NCBI GenBank assembly: GCA_016748015.1
Contig: JAAOMT010000735.1
Span: forward strand, 1-64,000
Length of the DNA stretch: 64,000 bases
Direction of reading: 5' to 3'
Source: Geosiphon pyriformis uo1
Taxonomy: Eukaryota > Fungi > Glomeromycota
The position numbers and the translations under genes were made by a program. Within the stretch, counting starts at the first letter, position 1. Every line of letters begins with the position of its first letter. Of this stretch, positions 1 to 11,593 are shown piece after piece. The notes beneath the pieces are model-generated. The model saw only the letters and a program-made list of their open reading frames with translations. It was not told the DNA's origin and did no database searches.

Positions 1-371
1 GAAGTTGTTTTCTTCATGAGCTTTATGTCTTCTATAATTTCACCAAGGCAACCATAGAGCTCTAGTTGTCTTCCATATGACAAGTTTTTGTCTATGGGCA
101 AGATTTCTTTAATTGTTTTTCCAATTGTGATAGAAGGTACAAGTATTGCTACTGTTATGTTTTCTAACAGATACTTATCCATTTTGCTACCAATTTTTTC
201 TCTTCTGGTAGTTGTTTTCTTTGGTCTGATAACAGTATGAGTTCCATTGTTGTCAGTTATTGTGGTCTGTTTTCCAATAATCAGAGTAGCATTTGGATAG
301 TTTTTGATCCAATACTCATAGAGAGTATAGAAAGCGTTTTGAATGTTTTGATTCAGAAAATAATTGTTCAT
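1..371 (-). CDS. ORF3 of element A (unknown protein, N-terminal 123 aa, open to window edge)
   Basis: ATG at 371; MNNYFLNQNIQNAFYTLYEYWIKNYPNATLII...QLELYGCLGEIIEDIK with no stop; degenerate homolog at 29740-30345. Confidence 0.7.
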   Translation of the reverse strand, partial: MNNYFLNQNIQNAFYTLYEYWIKNYPNATLIIGKQTTITDNNGTHTVIRPKKTTTRREKIGSKMDKYLLENITVAILVPSITIGKTIKEILPIDKNLSYGRQLELYGCLGEIIEDIKLMKKTT

Positions 372-412
372 GTCAATTGAAGATACCTCTGTTTTGGGAA
401 TAATGCATTTAT

Positions 413-1726
413 TTATACTTGGTTTTTGCTGATCATTTGGGTTGGTATTACCACAACTGGTAACCAATCAGGTCATTTGTGATATTTCTTGAGTTGTGTG
501 CCATGAACAGGACGATCATTAAAGATTGTTTCAGATTGATCTTGAAGAATATAAGAACCATTGTTCAAAACTTTGTTGACTATAAAAGGACCTTTCCACC
601 AACTAGAGAATTTATCACCATAGACATTGTCTCTGTCTGAGCAGTATTCCAAAACTAAGTCACCAACACTTAAAGAAAGTGTTTTATAAGTTTTTTTCTT
701 TTTAAGCTTTTCTTGGAACTGTTTTATCTTTTCAAAGACAATTATTCGTGCTTTTACAAGTGAGTCAAGAATGATACCAAGTCTTCTTTGCAAAATGTCT
801 TTGTAATTTCCTATTGTGATCTTTTCAAAGGGTATTGTCTCAATATTAGTTTCTATTGGTAGTGTTGCCATTCATCTATAGAGCAGATAAAAAGGTTCAT
901 AACTTGTTATGTCATGATTCACAGTTTTATAAGCAAACAAAGCTGAAGACAGTACTTTGTCCCATAAGTTTGTTTTTTCACTTGTTTTGGCTAGGGTTTC
1001 ACACAGTGTTCTATTAAAACATTCTACTAGGCCATTTGTTAGAGGGTGATAAAGGAAAAAAAGTTTGTGATGTATTCCCATTTTTCTACAAAGTTCTTTA
1101 ACCAGTGTACTGAAAAAAGCTCTTCCTCTATCAGATAATAGTTCTTTGGGGCAGCCATAGCAACAAATGATATTTTCATAAATGAAATTGGCTATTGAGA
1201 CTGCTGTTTGATCTGGGGTGGTTCTTGCTTCTACCTACTTTGTAAGATAGTTGGTAGCTGTGATAATGTATCTGTTGCCATCAGGAGTTACTGTTAAAGG
1301 TCCAACAACATCTATACCAATTCTGTCAAATGATTAACCAACAGAGATTGGATGGATATCTTTTTTGCAATTGGGTTTTCCTCTTTTTTGGCAGGTATTA
1401 CAGATTTTAATGTATTCAGCAATGTTTTTTCCCAAAATAGGTCAATAATAGTGAGCTAAGGTTTTCTGAATTGTTTTTGTTTTTCCAAAGTGTCCAGCTA
1501 ATGGATCAGTGTATATATTGTAGATTACAATTTCTCTTTCTTCAAATCTTATAACTCTCTGGGGATGGTCAGGATCTTTTCTATTTCTTTTGTATAACTG
1601 GTTCTGACGAATCAAATAGAAATTTGATTGTTTGTGCAAATGTTTTCTTTGCTGTCGATTGTATTCTGGTGGGTATTGTTTTTTATCCAAAAATTCCATT
1701 AAGACAGAGTAGTTGTCCAAGTCCAT
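413..1726 (-). pseudogene. Stand-alone integrase ORF of element A
   Basis: Own ATG (MDLDNYSVLMEFL), GHFG zinc-binding region, catalytic core, GPF/SH3-like C-terminus; several in-frame stops. Confidence 0.9.
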
Positions 1727-1791
1727 TATTGTGTTTGTTTGTAGAAAAGTTACTAATAATTAGTTTGGTTTGGTTTGAGGTGATTGTACTG

Positions 1792-4700
1792 TCACTTGGT
1801 GGTAAGTCTAGAGAGAGCATTAGTGTTTTGATGATTATCTTCTTTGCAATGTTGAATATCATAGTTGAATTCATCCAAGTGGAGTATCCAGCAAGTTAAT
1901 CTTTTGTGTTCTAGCTTTTTTTTGTTGCGCAGTCAAACCAAAGCTTGGTGATCTGTTACTACCAAGAATTTGGCACCAAAAAGATATTTGTTTCAATAAC
2001 TAGTAGCCCATACTACTGCCAGGCATTCTTGTTCAGTCACCAAGTAGTTCTGCTCTGCTGGTAAGAGAGTTCTGCTGACATATGCTATGGCATGTTCTTT
2101 GCTATCTTCATCTTTCTGGGATAGAACAGCTCCAAGTCCATAGCCAGATGTATTAGTATAGAGAATAAAAGGTTGATCTAGATCAGGTTGCTTCAGAATT
2201 GGTTCAGTGACTAGTTTTTCCTTTAGAGTTTCAAAAGCTTTTTGTTGGTGTGTGCTCCAATAGTAGTTGACGTTTTTTCTGAGTAGCTGATTAAGTAGAG
2301 CAGCTATTTTGGAGAAATTCTTGACAAATTTGCAATAATAAGAAGCCAAACCAAGAAAAAAGTGTAGTTCATGAACATTTATTAGTTGTCTAATGTTCTG
2401 AACTTTTTTAATCTTAGCTGGGTCAGAAAAAATTCCATCTTTTGTGATAAGATGACCAAAAAATTGGGTGAATTGTCTTTCAAAGAAAGATTTGATCAAG
2501 TTAATCTTGAGACCTGCATTTCTGAGAAGATCAAAAACCTTTTGCAAATGTACAAGATGTTTATTTCAGGTTTTTGAGTACACTATTATATTGTCCAGAT
2601 AGACTAAAACAAAGTTTTCTTTCACTGATTCAAATACTTTATCCATTAAGCATTGAAAGGTGAAAAGGGCATTGGTGAAACCAAAAGACATGACTGTGAA
2701 TTCATAGGTGCCATACTTGGTAATAAAGGTGGTTTTCTTCCAGCTTTCTGGATCCATTTCTACTTGCCAGAATCCAGCAATTAGATCAATGGTTGAAAAG
2801 AAAGCAGCATCTTTGAATTGGTCTAACATTGCATCAATCTTGAGAAGTAGGTACATGTCTCTTTCAGTGATGGCATTTAATTGGTGGTAGTCAACACAGA
2901 AGCATAGGATTCCACCTTTCTTGGATACCACTACAACTGGAAAAGCCCATTCACTCTTGGTTTTTTGTATAAATCCAAGTTCTTTTATCTGGTTTATCTC
3001 TTTCTTGATGAACTCATCATTGTGCTGATTGGATTGATATGGCTTCAAATAGATGGGGCGAGTTTTCCTGGTGGTGATGGTGTGTTGTATCATATGAGTT
3101 CATCCAGGGATATCACTTTCTTTTGAGATAACTAGGCTATTTCTAGCCAACAGATTTTTAATGTCTATCTTTCTTTCTTTTGGAGAGGGTTCTTTTTGTT
3201 CTACAACTAGTGATTGGATTTTAGGTGATTTATTCTCAAAGGACTTCTGTACTTTTTTTAATTCTTCTCTTGGTATCAAACTAATTGGTTTCCAATCTTT
3301 GTAATAGATCAGGCAGGATTTGCATTTGTCACTTGGAGAATACAAGGGTTGATTGCACCAGCACCAGGCACAAGGACCATGTCACCAATAACAGTACTTG
3401 GCTTTCTTGCTAGGCTTCTGGTTAAAAGTTTTTCTTAGGATATCATAGTAGGGCCAGTAGATCAGCTTGCCATTTACAATGATTCCTTCTCTGTTAGCTT
3501 TGACATTGTCCAGTAGCTTGCCATTGCTGGTGAAGATGGTATAGGCAAATTTAGCAGTTTCTTCTTGTTCCTTTTGTTCTTCTTCATCATCACTTTTTTC
3601 ATCATCTGATTTCTCTGATTGTTTTTCTTTCTGATTTTGTTTTGGTGTTGGAGGGATTGTCCAGTGGTGACACTTAACCACAATGGACTTCTTACCACAT
3701 CTGATAGTTAGCTCACAAAGTTTATAGTCAAATAATGCTTTGGCTTTCTTGAGCCATTTATTTTTAACAATAATAGTGTATTCCTTGGCTTTAGAAACTT
3801 CCATGTCAGTTTCAATGCTGATGCCATTGATATGAACAGGAACAGCTTTGGCTATGCCCAGACCTTTCTTCTTGTTACCATGTACATTGGTCATTGGTCG
3901 GGTGAAAGGTTCATCAATCTTTCTCCCAATTGCTTCCAAAAAGTGTTTGGCAATAATGCTAACAGATGATCCACTGTCTAGGATCAAGTCAATAAAATAG
4001 CCAGCCATTTGGGCTTTGCAAATTAATAGGGTAACATTGCTGTTGTCAGCAAGTCCAGCTTGGTAAGAGCGTTTATTGGTTTTTGGTGTTTTTTTCTTGG
4101 AAATTAGAAATTTGCAGAGATCTTTTCTGAATTGTGGATGGGTCATTAGTTGGCCAAAGGTAATGTGTGCAGAAGTTTCTATGAGATTTTTGACAACAGA
4201 ATAAGGACCAGATTTTTGTACTATTTCTGGGGGTTCCAACTTTGAAGGATTCTTAAAGACTTTAGCTTTTAGTGGCTTATTATTATTAGCAATTAATGTA
4301 GATAGTTTATTTGGATCTAAAACAAAATCAACCTTGGCTTTTTTTTTTTCCTTGTTGATTCTGAGGTGTTGATTGCTAGTTTATTCATGTCATGATTATC
4401 ATCAGTTAAGTTAAAAGCATAAAAGGGGTTTTTTTCTGGTTGGCTTGTACTCTCACCCTTTGGAAGTGCACCTACCAGTTTAAAAACTGGTAAACTATGG
4501 CTTCAACTAGGGGATCCTTTCCAAAGAAATTGATGTTGGCATGATTGGGTCTTTGATTGGGGACATTGTTGTTATTGATTCTGTTGTTTTGGTTGTCATT
4601 GTTTCTAAGAACTGGAGAAGGCAAAGGAGAATTGTTGCAATCTCTGGAGAAATGTCCAGTTAATTCACATCTATAACACACAGAAGGGCCATGATTTTGC

Positions 4701-6025
4701 TGTCTTTGATAAAAAGGTTGCTAGGGCTGATTAAAATGGTTTTCAAATCTGGGTTTTTGTGATTGCTGGTTATCTCTGACTGCTTGGGCTAATGGTTTTA
4801 ATAGCCAAGCAAGATTTGCTATAAGTCTATCTATTAATTGTTTATTTGGATTTTGTGTCTGGGCAGCAAAAGAAGTAGCAGCCATTTGAGGAGTAGGAGC
4901 CATAACAAGAGCAGGAGCAAAAACTGGAAGTGTGGATCCTAAATGTATTCTTTGATTGTCTTCAATTCTTTGGGCAAGTTCAATAGCCATATCCATGGTA
5001 GGATTATCTTTTAAAGCCAAGAGAGGCCAAAGAGCATATGATAAATCAGTTCTTAATCCTTTTGTAAAGGAGTGGATCTTTTGCTCTTCAGTCCAGTTTC
5101 TACCAGAGTCTACACACTTGATGAGTTTTCTGATTGCTTTGGCATATTTGGTCACAACTTCACCAGAACTTTGGATTTTTCTTTCTAATTCCATATGCCA
5201 TTTGGATATTAAGATGGGAGTTCTGAATTTGTTTTCAAACTGGGTAGTGAAAAAGGTGTTGTTTTCTCTAATATTTGCTGGGGTCTATTTAACAATTCTT
5301 TGTTGAGCACTAGCATTGGTTTCTTGTGAAAACCAGGTAGCAGGAGAGCCTTGAAGATAGCCACCAACAATTTAGAACTTGTATTCATCATTATACTGGT
5401 TTGCAGTGGCTGCTTTTTCAAAATTGTTCAACCATTTAATTGGATCTTGGGCATCATCTCTGAATAGGGGTAGTGATGTGTTGTTTCTTTGCCCCAAAGC
5501 AGTTTGTATGCCTTGAAAGGCGGCCAGAATGTTTGCTTGCATGGGGTCTTGGGCCATTGGTTCAAGGGTTACTGTTTGAGTGAAATGTTCTGATTTACTT
5601 AAAAAAAGATCAAAAATAAGAGCAGTTTGGTAACTTTCTTTTTCTGTTTCAAGGGGAGTTATAGTTAATTGGTGAGCAGCAACCCAAATGTGTATTTGGT
5701 GATTCAGATATTCGAAATCAGAGGGCTGTTGTGTGAAAGTTATGGAGTATAAAAGCTAATTGATGCTATTATTTCTTTCTTCAAAGTTGTCTTTAAAATA
5801 AGCTTGGTCAAAGTAATAAGTTGTATATGCTGTATAGGTTTCAGTTGAGTGCTTGTTCAGGAACCAGTTCCAAAAGTCTTGGAATTGTCTACTAGATTGT
5901 TTTTTAAGGGAAAAGCAGATCAAGCAGAAGGGCAAGGGATTAAGTTCAATAAAGTCTAGATTATTTTTGTTGTGTGCTGCAAAGTGTTCTTCTGATTGCT
6001 GTGGCAGGTATGAATAATCACTCAT
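1792..6025 (-). pseudogene. gag-protease-RT-RNase H polyprotein of element A
   Basis: ORF fragments 5756-6025, 5372-5557, 4721-5194, 4472-4681, 3382-4239, 2566-3093, 1993-2547; ends NALSRLTTK* at 1792. Confidence 0.92.
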
Positions 6026-6054
6026 ACAATGAAGAAATAAGTAAATTTTGACAA

Positions 6055-6071
6055 CCTCATAGGGAGCACCA
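6055..6071 (-). promoter_or_regulatory. Primer-binding site of element A
   Basis: TGGTGCTCCCTATGAGG, 6 nt after the LTR end ...CCTGTAACA. Confidence 0.85.
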
Positions 6072-6077
6072 CTTTTA

Positions 6078-7647
6078 TGTTACAGGTTGGAGTAACAAGC
6101 TAACAGATAGCAAGAGAGAACAAGATTGTAGGGTAATGAAAATAATTAAAGGGGAATTCAACTTTAAAGAGCGAATTGAATGAGTATAAATTCAATGTGT
6201 GAGATCAGTCTTATAAAATATCTCAGTCACTATTCTTTTCAAAGGTAACTGGGAAATCTGAAGGTAGAGGAATAGTCCATACTGTTAACAATTGATCACC
6301 ACTGGTATAATTTTATGTCTCACATTAGCACTCTTAGAATTCAATATCAGGTATCAACTTGTGCTTTTCAGTCATGTTTATTTAAATAATTTTTAAATAC
6401 TTCATTTAATTGTTTCAGAAAAAGGCAGATAAACACTGTTACCGGAGGTTTTTGGTCTCTTTTCTTGAAGGTTGTGGTGTTGTTTTGCTGTTTTATTCAC
6501 GACTAGAGGAAGTAGTTGAACCTTCGATAACTGAATTTATCTTCAAATTATCTCCTATAATTTGAACCGCTGGGCTTATAAGTGGAATGGCCAATTCCGT
6601 GCCAGTTACTTTATGTAGTTACGTTGTAGTAAACGTCAACTCTTTCCCAGGAATTGCTCGTCTGGAAGCTCACTAAAAAATGTGTAGTTNNNNNNNNNNN
6701 NNNNNNNNNNNNNNNNNNNNNNNNNNNNNNNNNNNNNNNNNNNNNNNNNNNNNNNNNNNNNNNNNNNNNNNNNNNNNNNNNNNNNNNNNNNNNNNNNNNN
6801 NNNNNNNNNNNNNNNNNNNNNNNNNNNNNNNNNNNNNNNNNNNNNNNNNNNNNNNNNNNNNNNNNNNNNNNNNNNNNNNNNNNNNNNNNNNNNNNNNNNN
6901 NNNNNNNNNNNNNNNNNNNNNNNNNNNNNNNNNNNNNNNNNNNNNNNNNNNNNNNNNNNNNNNNNNNNNNNNNNNNNNNNNNNNNNNNNNNNNNNNNNNN
7001 NNNNNNNNNNNNNNNNNNNNNNNNNNNNNNNNNNNNNNNNNNNNNNNNAAGATACATTTCGGCGAACTATGAATTATTTCGGCCAATTTTCATTAATTTC
7101 GGCGAATTTTGGCTATGTTATATGGTTCAGGGTATTGTGTAAATTGATCATCTCAATTTCTATGGTCCAAATCGGGTTATTGATTAAATGATGATAATTG
7201 CTAATTTGATTAAATAATAAGTGAAATTCGAAACGATAATAATATATGCTAATTAATGATAGGAATTATAAAGGAAATTTCATGCTAATTAATAGCTAAA
7301 ATTCTACTGGTAACAACACCAACAAGAGATTTTTTATTCAAAAAATGTTCAGATACTTGAAGGTAGGGAAAAAAAAATTAGCGATAAGAGAATGTTTGAG
7401 ATAAAAGTTGTTTTATTATATTTCTTTGATTATTAGAACATATATTTCTACAGCTAAGAGACTTATTGCTTATATAGCTATGAAAAGTGGTCAATGATCA
7501 AGTCAATGATCAGATCAGTAATCAGGTCAATGGTTAGGTCATTGATCAGGTCAATGATTACTATCTAAAAATAGGTTGGCTAATTATATGACATTAGTGA
7601 CTAATACATGTAATAACTAATAAAAACTATAAATTTCAACTGTAACA
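6078..7647 (-). repeat. 5' LTR of A (about 687 bp, split by solo LTR G1)
   Basis: TGTTAC..GTAACA termini; 6078-6436 plus 7320-7647 matches the 689-bp LTR at 30357-31045; 6 x 12-bp GGTCAATGATCA array at 7489-7560. Confidence 0.9.
6437..7315 (-). mobile_element. Solo LTR G1 (contains N gap 6690-7048)
   Basis: TGTTACC..GGTAACA termini; exact 4-bp TSD ACAC; reverse complement of LTR 53161-54121. Confidence 0.88.
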
Positions 7648-7855
7648 GTATTATTTGCTTATCAAACAATAAAGCAAGATACTATACAAACAATACTATT
7701 TGAATTTGTTTATGATAGAACAGCAATATTCCCAATTGAGATAGAAGTCAATATGTATCCAACTAAACCAATAACAGAAGCCAATTTCCAAAAAACATTG
7801 CTAAAAAAAACATAAAAACTAATAGAAACATTGAAAAACAAAAGATAAAGAGCAG

Positions 7856-8372
7856 TGTTACCCAAGTAGAAAAACCAAAAAGCTATAAAAAAACATAACA
7901 AAGAAACATGACAAGAAAAACATGATACAACTCGAAGTAACACAGAGCAAATGTAAGCAATAACTAGCAAATGCAAGCAATAGCTAGTAAACATGAGCAA
8001 TAGTTAGCAAATGCAAGCAATAGCTAGCAATAACAAGCAATAGTTAGCAATAGTGAAGCAATTGAAAGCAATTCTGTAAAACCAAAAGAATGTATAAAAG
8101 CAAGTAGTTGTAGAAGTTAAAAAGTCAGACAGTTAGTTAGGAATCAATTTTACTTTGTATTATACTTATCATATATCCATAGTCCAAAATACAATAATGT
8201 ATTAAAACCAAATCCAATTCACCAATTCATGTTCTCCCATCTTACAGATTTTAATTGAAATTAAAATCAGTATTTTCTACTTTTGTTCCAGGACAAATGC
8301 CATTGGCATAAACATCTCAAATCTTTAATGATTTGGACCAATTGCTCTTGATTATGGCAATTAACAGGAACT

Positions 8373-8418
<46 letters not shown>

Positions 8419-8837
8419 CTTTTTTTTTTTTCTTTATTTTCTTTATTTTCTTTTTTTGGAGCAGCAACATAGAAAAATCAACTGTTTTAGAATAGACTTC
8501 ATGATAGCCTGGTAAAAGATAGAAGCTCTCCCTAAGTTTTGGATATTAATGTTATCTTGGTAGCTTACTAGAAGGGCAAAAAAACAACACCAGACCCTAA
8601 CAACTGTGCTCATTAGTACAGAAAAGAAAGTTTATATTTATAAAAAACGTTGCAATTGACAAAAAACAAACTCTGTGCCTTATAACCAAAGAACTCAATG
8701 GGTAAATTCACAGCCAGGAATAGACTTTTAGAGACTAATAACATTGATATGGCAGAAAAAGCAGATGACTTTAAAAGATAACCCAAAACTAGAGCACCAA
8801 ATGTTACTACCATACTCTACTCAGTTTATCTGTAACA
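7856..8837 (+). repeat. 5' LTR of C
   Basis: TGTTAC..GTAACA; AGCAAT-type repeats 7945-8075; TATA-like 8092; poly-T about 8375-8457; matches 26968-27829. Confidence 0.93.
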
Positions 8838-10784
8838 TTTAGTGCTTTCTGTGAGGTTATAAATCCACAGAGACAAAGCACCCCAAAGATACACAAAAGT
8901 AGTGACTATTGAAACAATAAGAAAGGACTACTCCTCATATAAAAGATCACTATTTCAATACTTTTGAAAAGATTTAGGAATACCAGCAGAAACCACCATC
9001 ACAGAAAGTAATTTTTACAACTATATCAATACAAAAATCAACTGCTTGTTAGGCCACACAACTGATACAGGAAGACTTGGAGAACAAATCCATCAAAGCT
9101 TACTAGGATACTCAACAACTACTATTACTCAAGCAATCACTGAAACTCTATGTATAGTCGATATAGACATTAAACACTATGTAATAAAACAATTCCCTCA
9201 AGGACAACAACTAATAGAATTCGATCTAAAGAAATATAAAGACAAATCCAATAATCCCACAACTGCTCAAGACAAGTTCATAGTTAACAAGAAACCAAGA
9301 TTCCTCTTTCCAATAACTCTATCATATTATCAGACACACCAAAGTAGAATTGTATTCAATCCACCCCCAGAAACCCAGTCAGAAACACCATGAACTCCTG
9401 GAAATCCACACTCTTGGGATCAACACAGTTGGACCAAATCACTAGGAGAATACAGATCACTGTTTGGAAATCTTACCTCAACAGCCAGTTAAACAAAAGG
9501 AAACACATCAACTTGGAAACAGCCACCAGCACAAAAACCAGCAGAATCAGCATTTTCTCTGATAGAAGGAACAGCTATCTTACAATCTATTGATTCCAGT
9601 GACAAAAAAAAACAACCAGCATTAGCACCCAGAGAATACTCAGATATGCAGACACCAATCTCCTTAACCATAATCAGTAATACTCTATCCATTAACCAAA
9701 TTATGGCCTACCAGGATATCACTAAATTAAAGAAATTTTCTGGTAAAAAAGATAATACATATTCTTGGATCACGGATGCTAAGAAAGCAATTACTACTAA
9801 CAGATAAGATAACAACCACACAATTCAGGCACTGCCATTCTTTCTGACCAGAACTGCCAATTTATGGTATCAAAGTCTTACAGAAAAACCTACCTCCTTT
9901 ACAGAGTTTAAACTTGCCTTTCTGCAATACTTTTGTGATCCTAATACACTTATCCAATTGCAAAATCAATTCAGTATAATAAAACAAAACAACCATGAAG
10001 CAGTAACTACTTATCTCGGAAGATTCAATCAAGTCCTTCAACAAATTTTAGCCATCAAGCAGAATTATTATACCACTGTGCAAGTCTTCAATCAATTTAT
10101 TAAAGGACTAAGAAGCAGCCTCCTAAGATCCGTATGACCTTGCCATCCAGCAAATCTACAAGAAGCAGTCACTTTCACTTGTGATTTTGAGTCTGCAAAA
10201 CAAGAAGCAAATCATATCTAAGCTGTTAACTTAGCCATCAATGAAACTTCTAACATTGACACAAAGATAATCCAATTAAGTGAAAAATTAACTCAGAAAA
10301 TTGAGAGATTCTTAGCCAAAACCATAGGAACTTACCAACCACCACAATGAAAAGAAAATAACAACAACAACAGATATTCACAGCAACAGAACTATCAACA
10401 ACAGCAACAACTTTGAAGATTCAATCCCTGCAACTGTTACTACTGCCAAAAATCTGAGCACATTGTCCATAACTGCAAAAAGAAAATAATGGACCAAAAT
10501 CAAGGAAACCAATACCAGCAACCAAGATATTAGCAAAACATGGTATCCCAATATTCTATCCCTCAAAATCCACTTTCCCAGTACGCACAACAAATTCCAT
10601 ACACTCAATTACTACCCCAGAATTATTATTAGCCACCACCAATAATACAAGTAATCCCTCACTATCAAACTCCCCCTTATAGCCAGCCCAAATTTCAAGC
10701 TATAAACTATAATCAAGGATGTAAGAATCCCAACAACAATCAAGCACAAACCAATAGTGGACCATCTTGACCAATTCCTTGCAG

Positions 10785-11533
10785 TGTTACTCATAAAAAG
10801 AAAACAGATATAGAAAATAGCAGACCAATAAAAGAATAGTATTTAGCATGTGAACACATTGCTCAGCAATGTGGAGAAATATCAGAAATCATGGCACATT
10901 GCTCAAAAAATCATAGCACATTGCTCAGAAATATGAGTGATTTTATAGAACATTAATTATGTATATATAGTAGTAGCATTAGAAGTAGAAAAAGCAGAAT
11001 TCTTTAGTTAGAAATCTCCCATTCACAAATATTGAATAAATAAATTATTTACCATCCAAATCCACTCTTCACTATCAACACTCCATGTTGATAGCAATTA
11101 ATACTTAACCATATTGGAACAATAGCTCTTGATCATGGCTATTGACAAATACTAACTTGTGCATTGCCTTGGCTTATTTCTTTATGCTATTTCTTTTATT
11201 TTCTTGTCTTAATTGTTGTTATTACTAACTCTATTGAGAATTAATGCATGGGGTACTGACGTCAGGATATAGCACTGGTAAAAAACCCAGAAATATAAGT
11301 AGGACACTTGATTGAGATTAGCTTATCAGAAGAAACACCGGCCATTATGTTGAGAAAAAAATTGACAAAACTGCGGTTTTGGAAAGCTACGGATAAAACT
11401 ATTACCACTAAATCTCTGTCTATTATACAAAAGACTCAACCAAAAACTTCAGATTGCCATCATTGACAACAGCCTTGAGCACCAAATTATAGATTTGTTA
11501 TTTACTCCAACAACTAAGAAAACACTTGTAACA
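10785..11533 (+). repeat. 5' LTR of B
   Basis: TGTTAC..GTAACA; GCACATTGCTCA repeats; TATATATA about 10962; AATAAA about 11035. Confidence 0.93.
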
Positions 11534-11593
11534 TTTGGTGCTCTCTGTGAGGTATAATTTTACAAAGAACCAGCACCAACAAATAAATCAACA

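Larger units (their letters stand above)
1..7647 (-). mobile_element. Ty3/gypsy LTR retrotransposon A (degenerate; 3' end outside window), inserted in the integrase of element E1
   Basis: Minus-strand order: LTR, PBS, gag (LPLFRDDAQDPIKWL; knuckle CYRCELTGHFSRDC), protease (LILDSGSS), RT (CVDYHQLN, VYLDNII), RNase H, integrase (HPLTNGLVECFNRTL, WKGPF), extra 3' ORF. No dUTPase. Confidence 0.95.

Noticed and set aside
1753-1795. GT..CTAAT..AG mini-intron in the RH-IN spacer of A that might fuse integrase to Pol
   Set aside because: Only 43 nt, splicing would not give the integrase frame, and the D spacer contains no GT or AG.
6611-7142. ORFs full of X
   Set aside because: Artefacts of the N gap 6690-7048.
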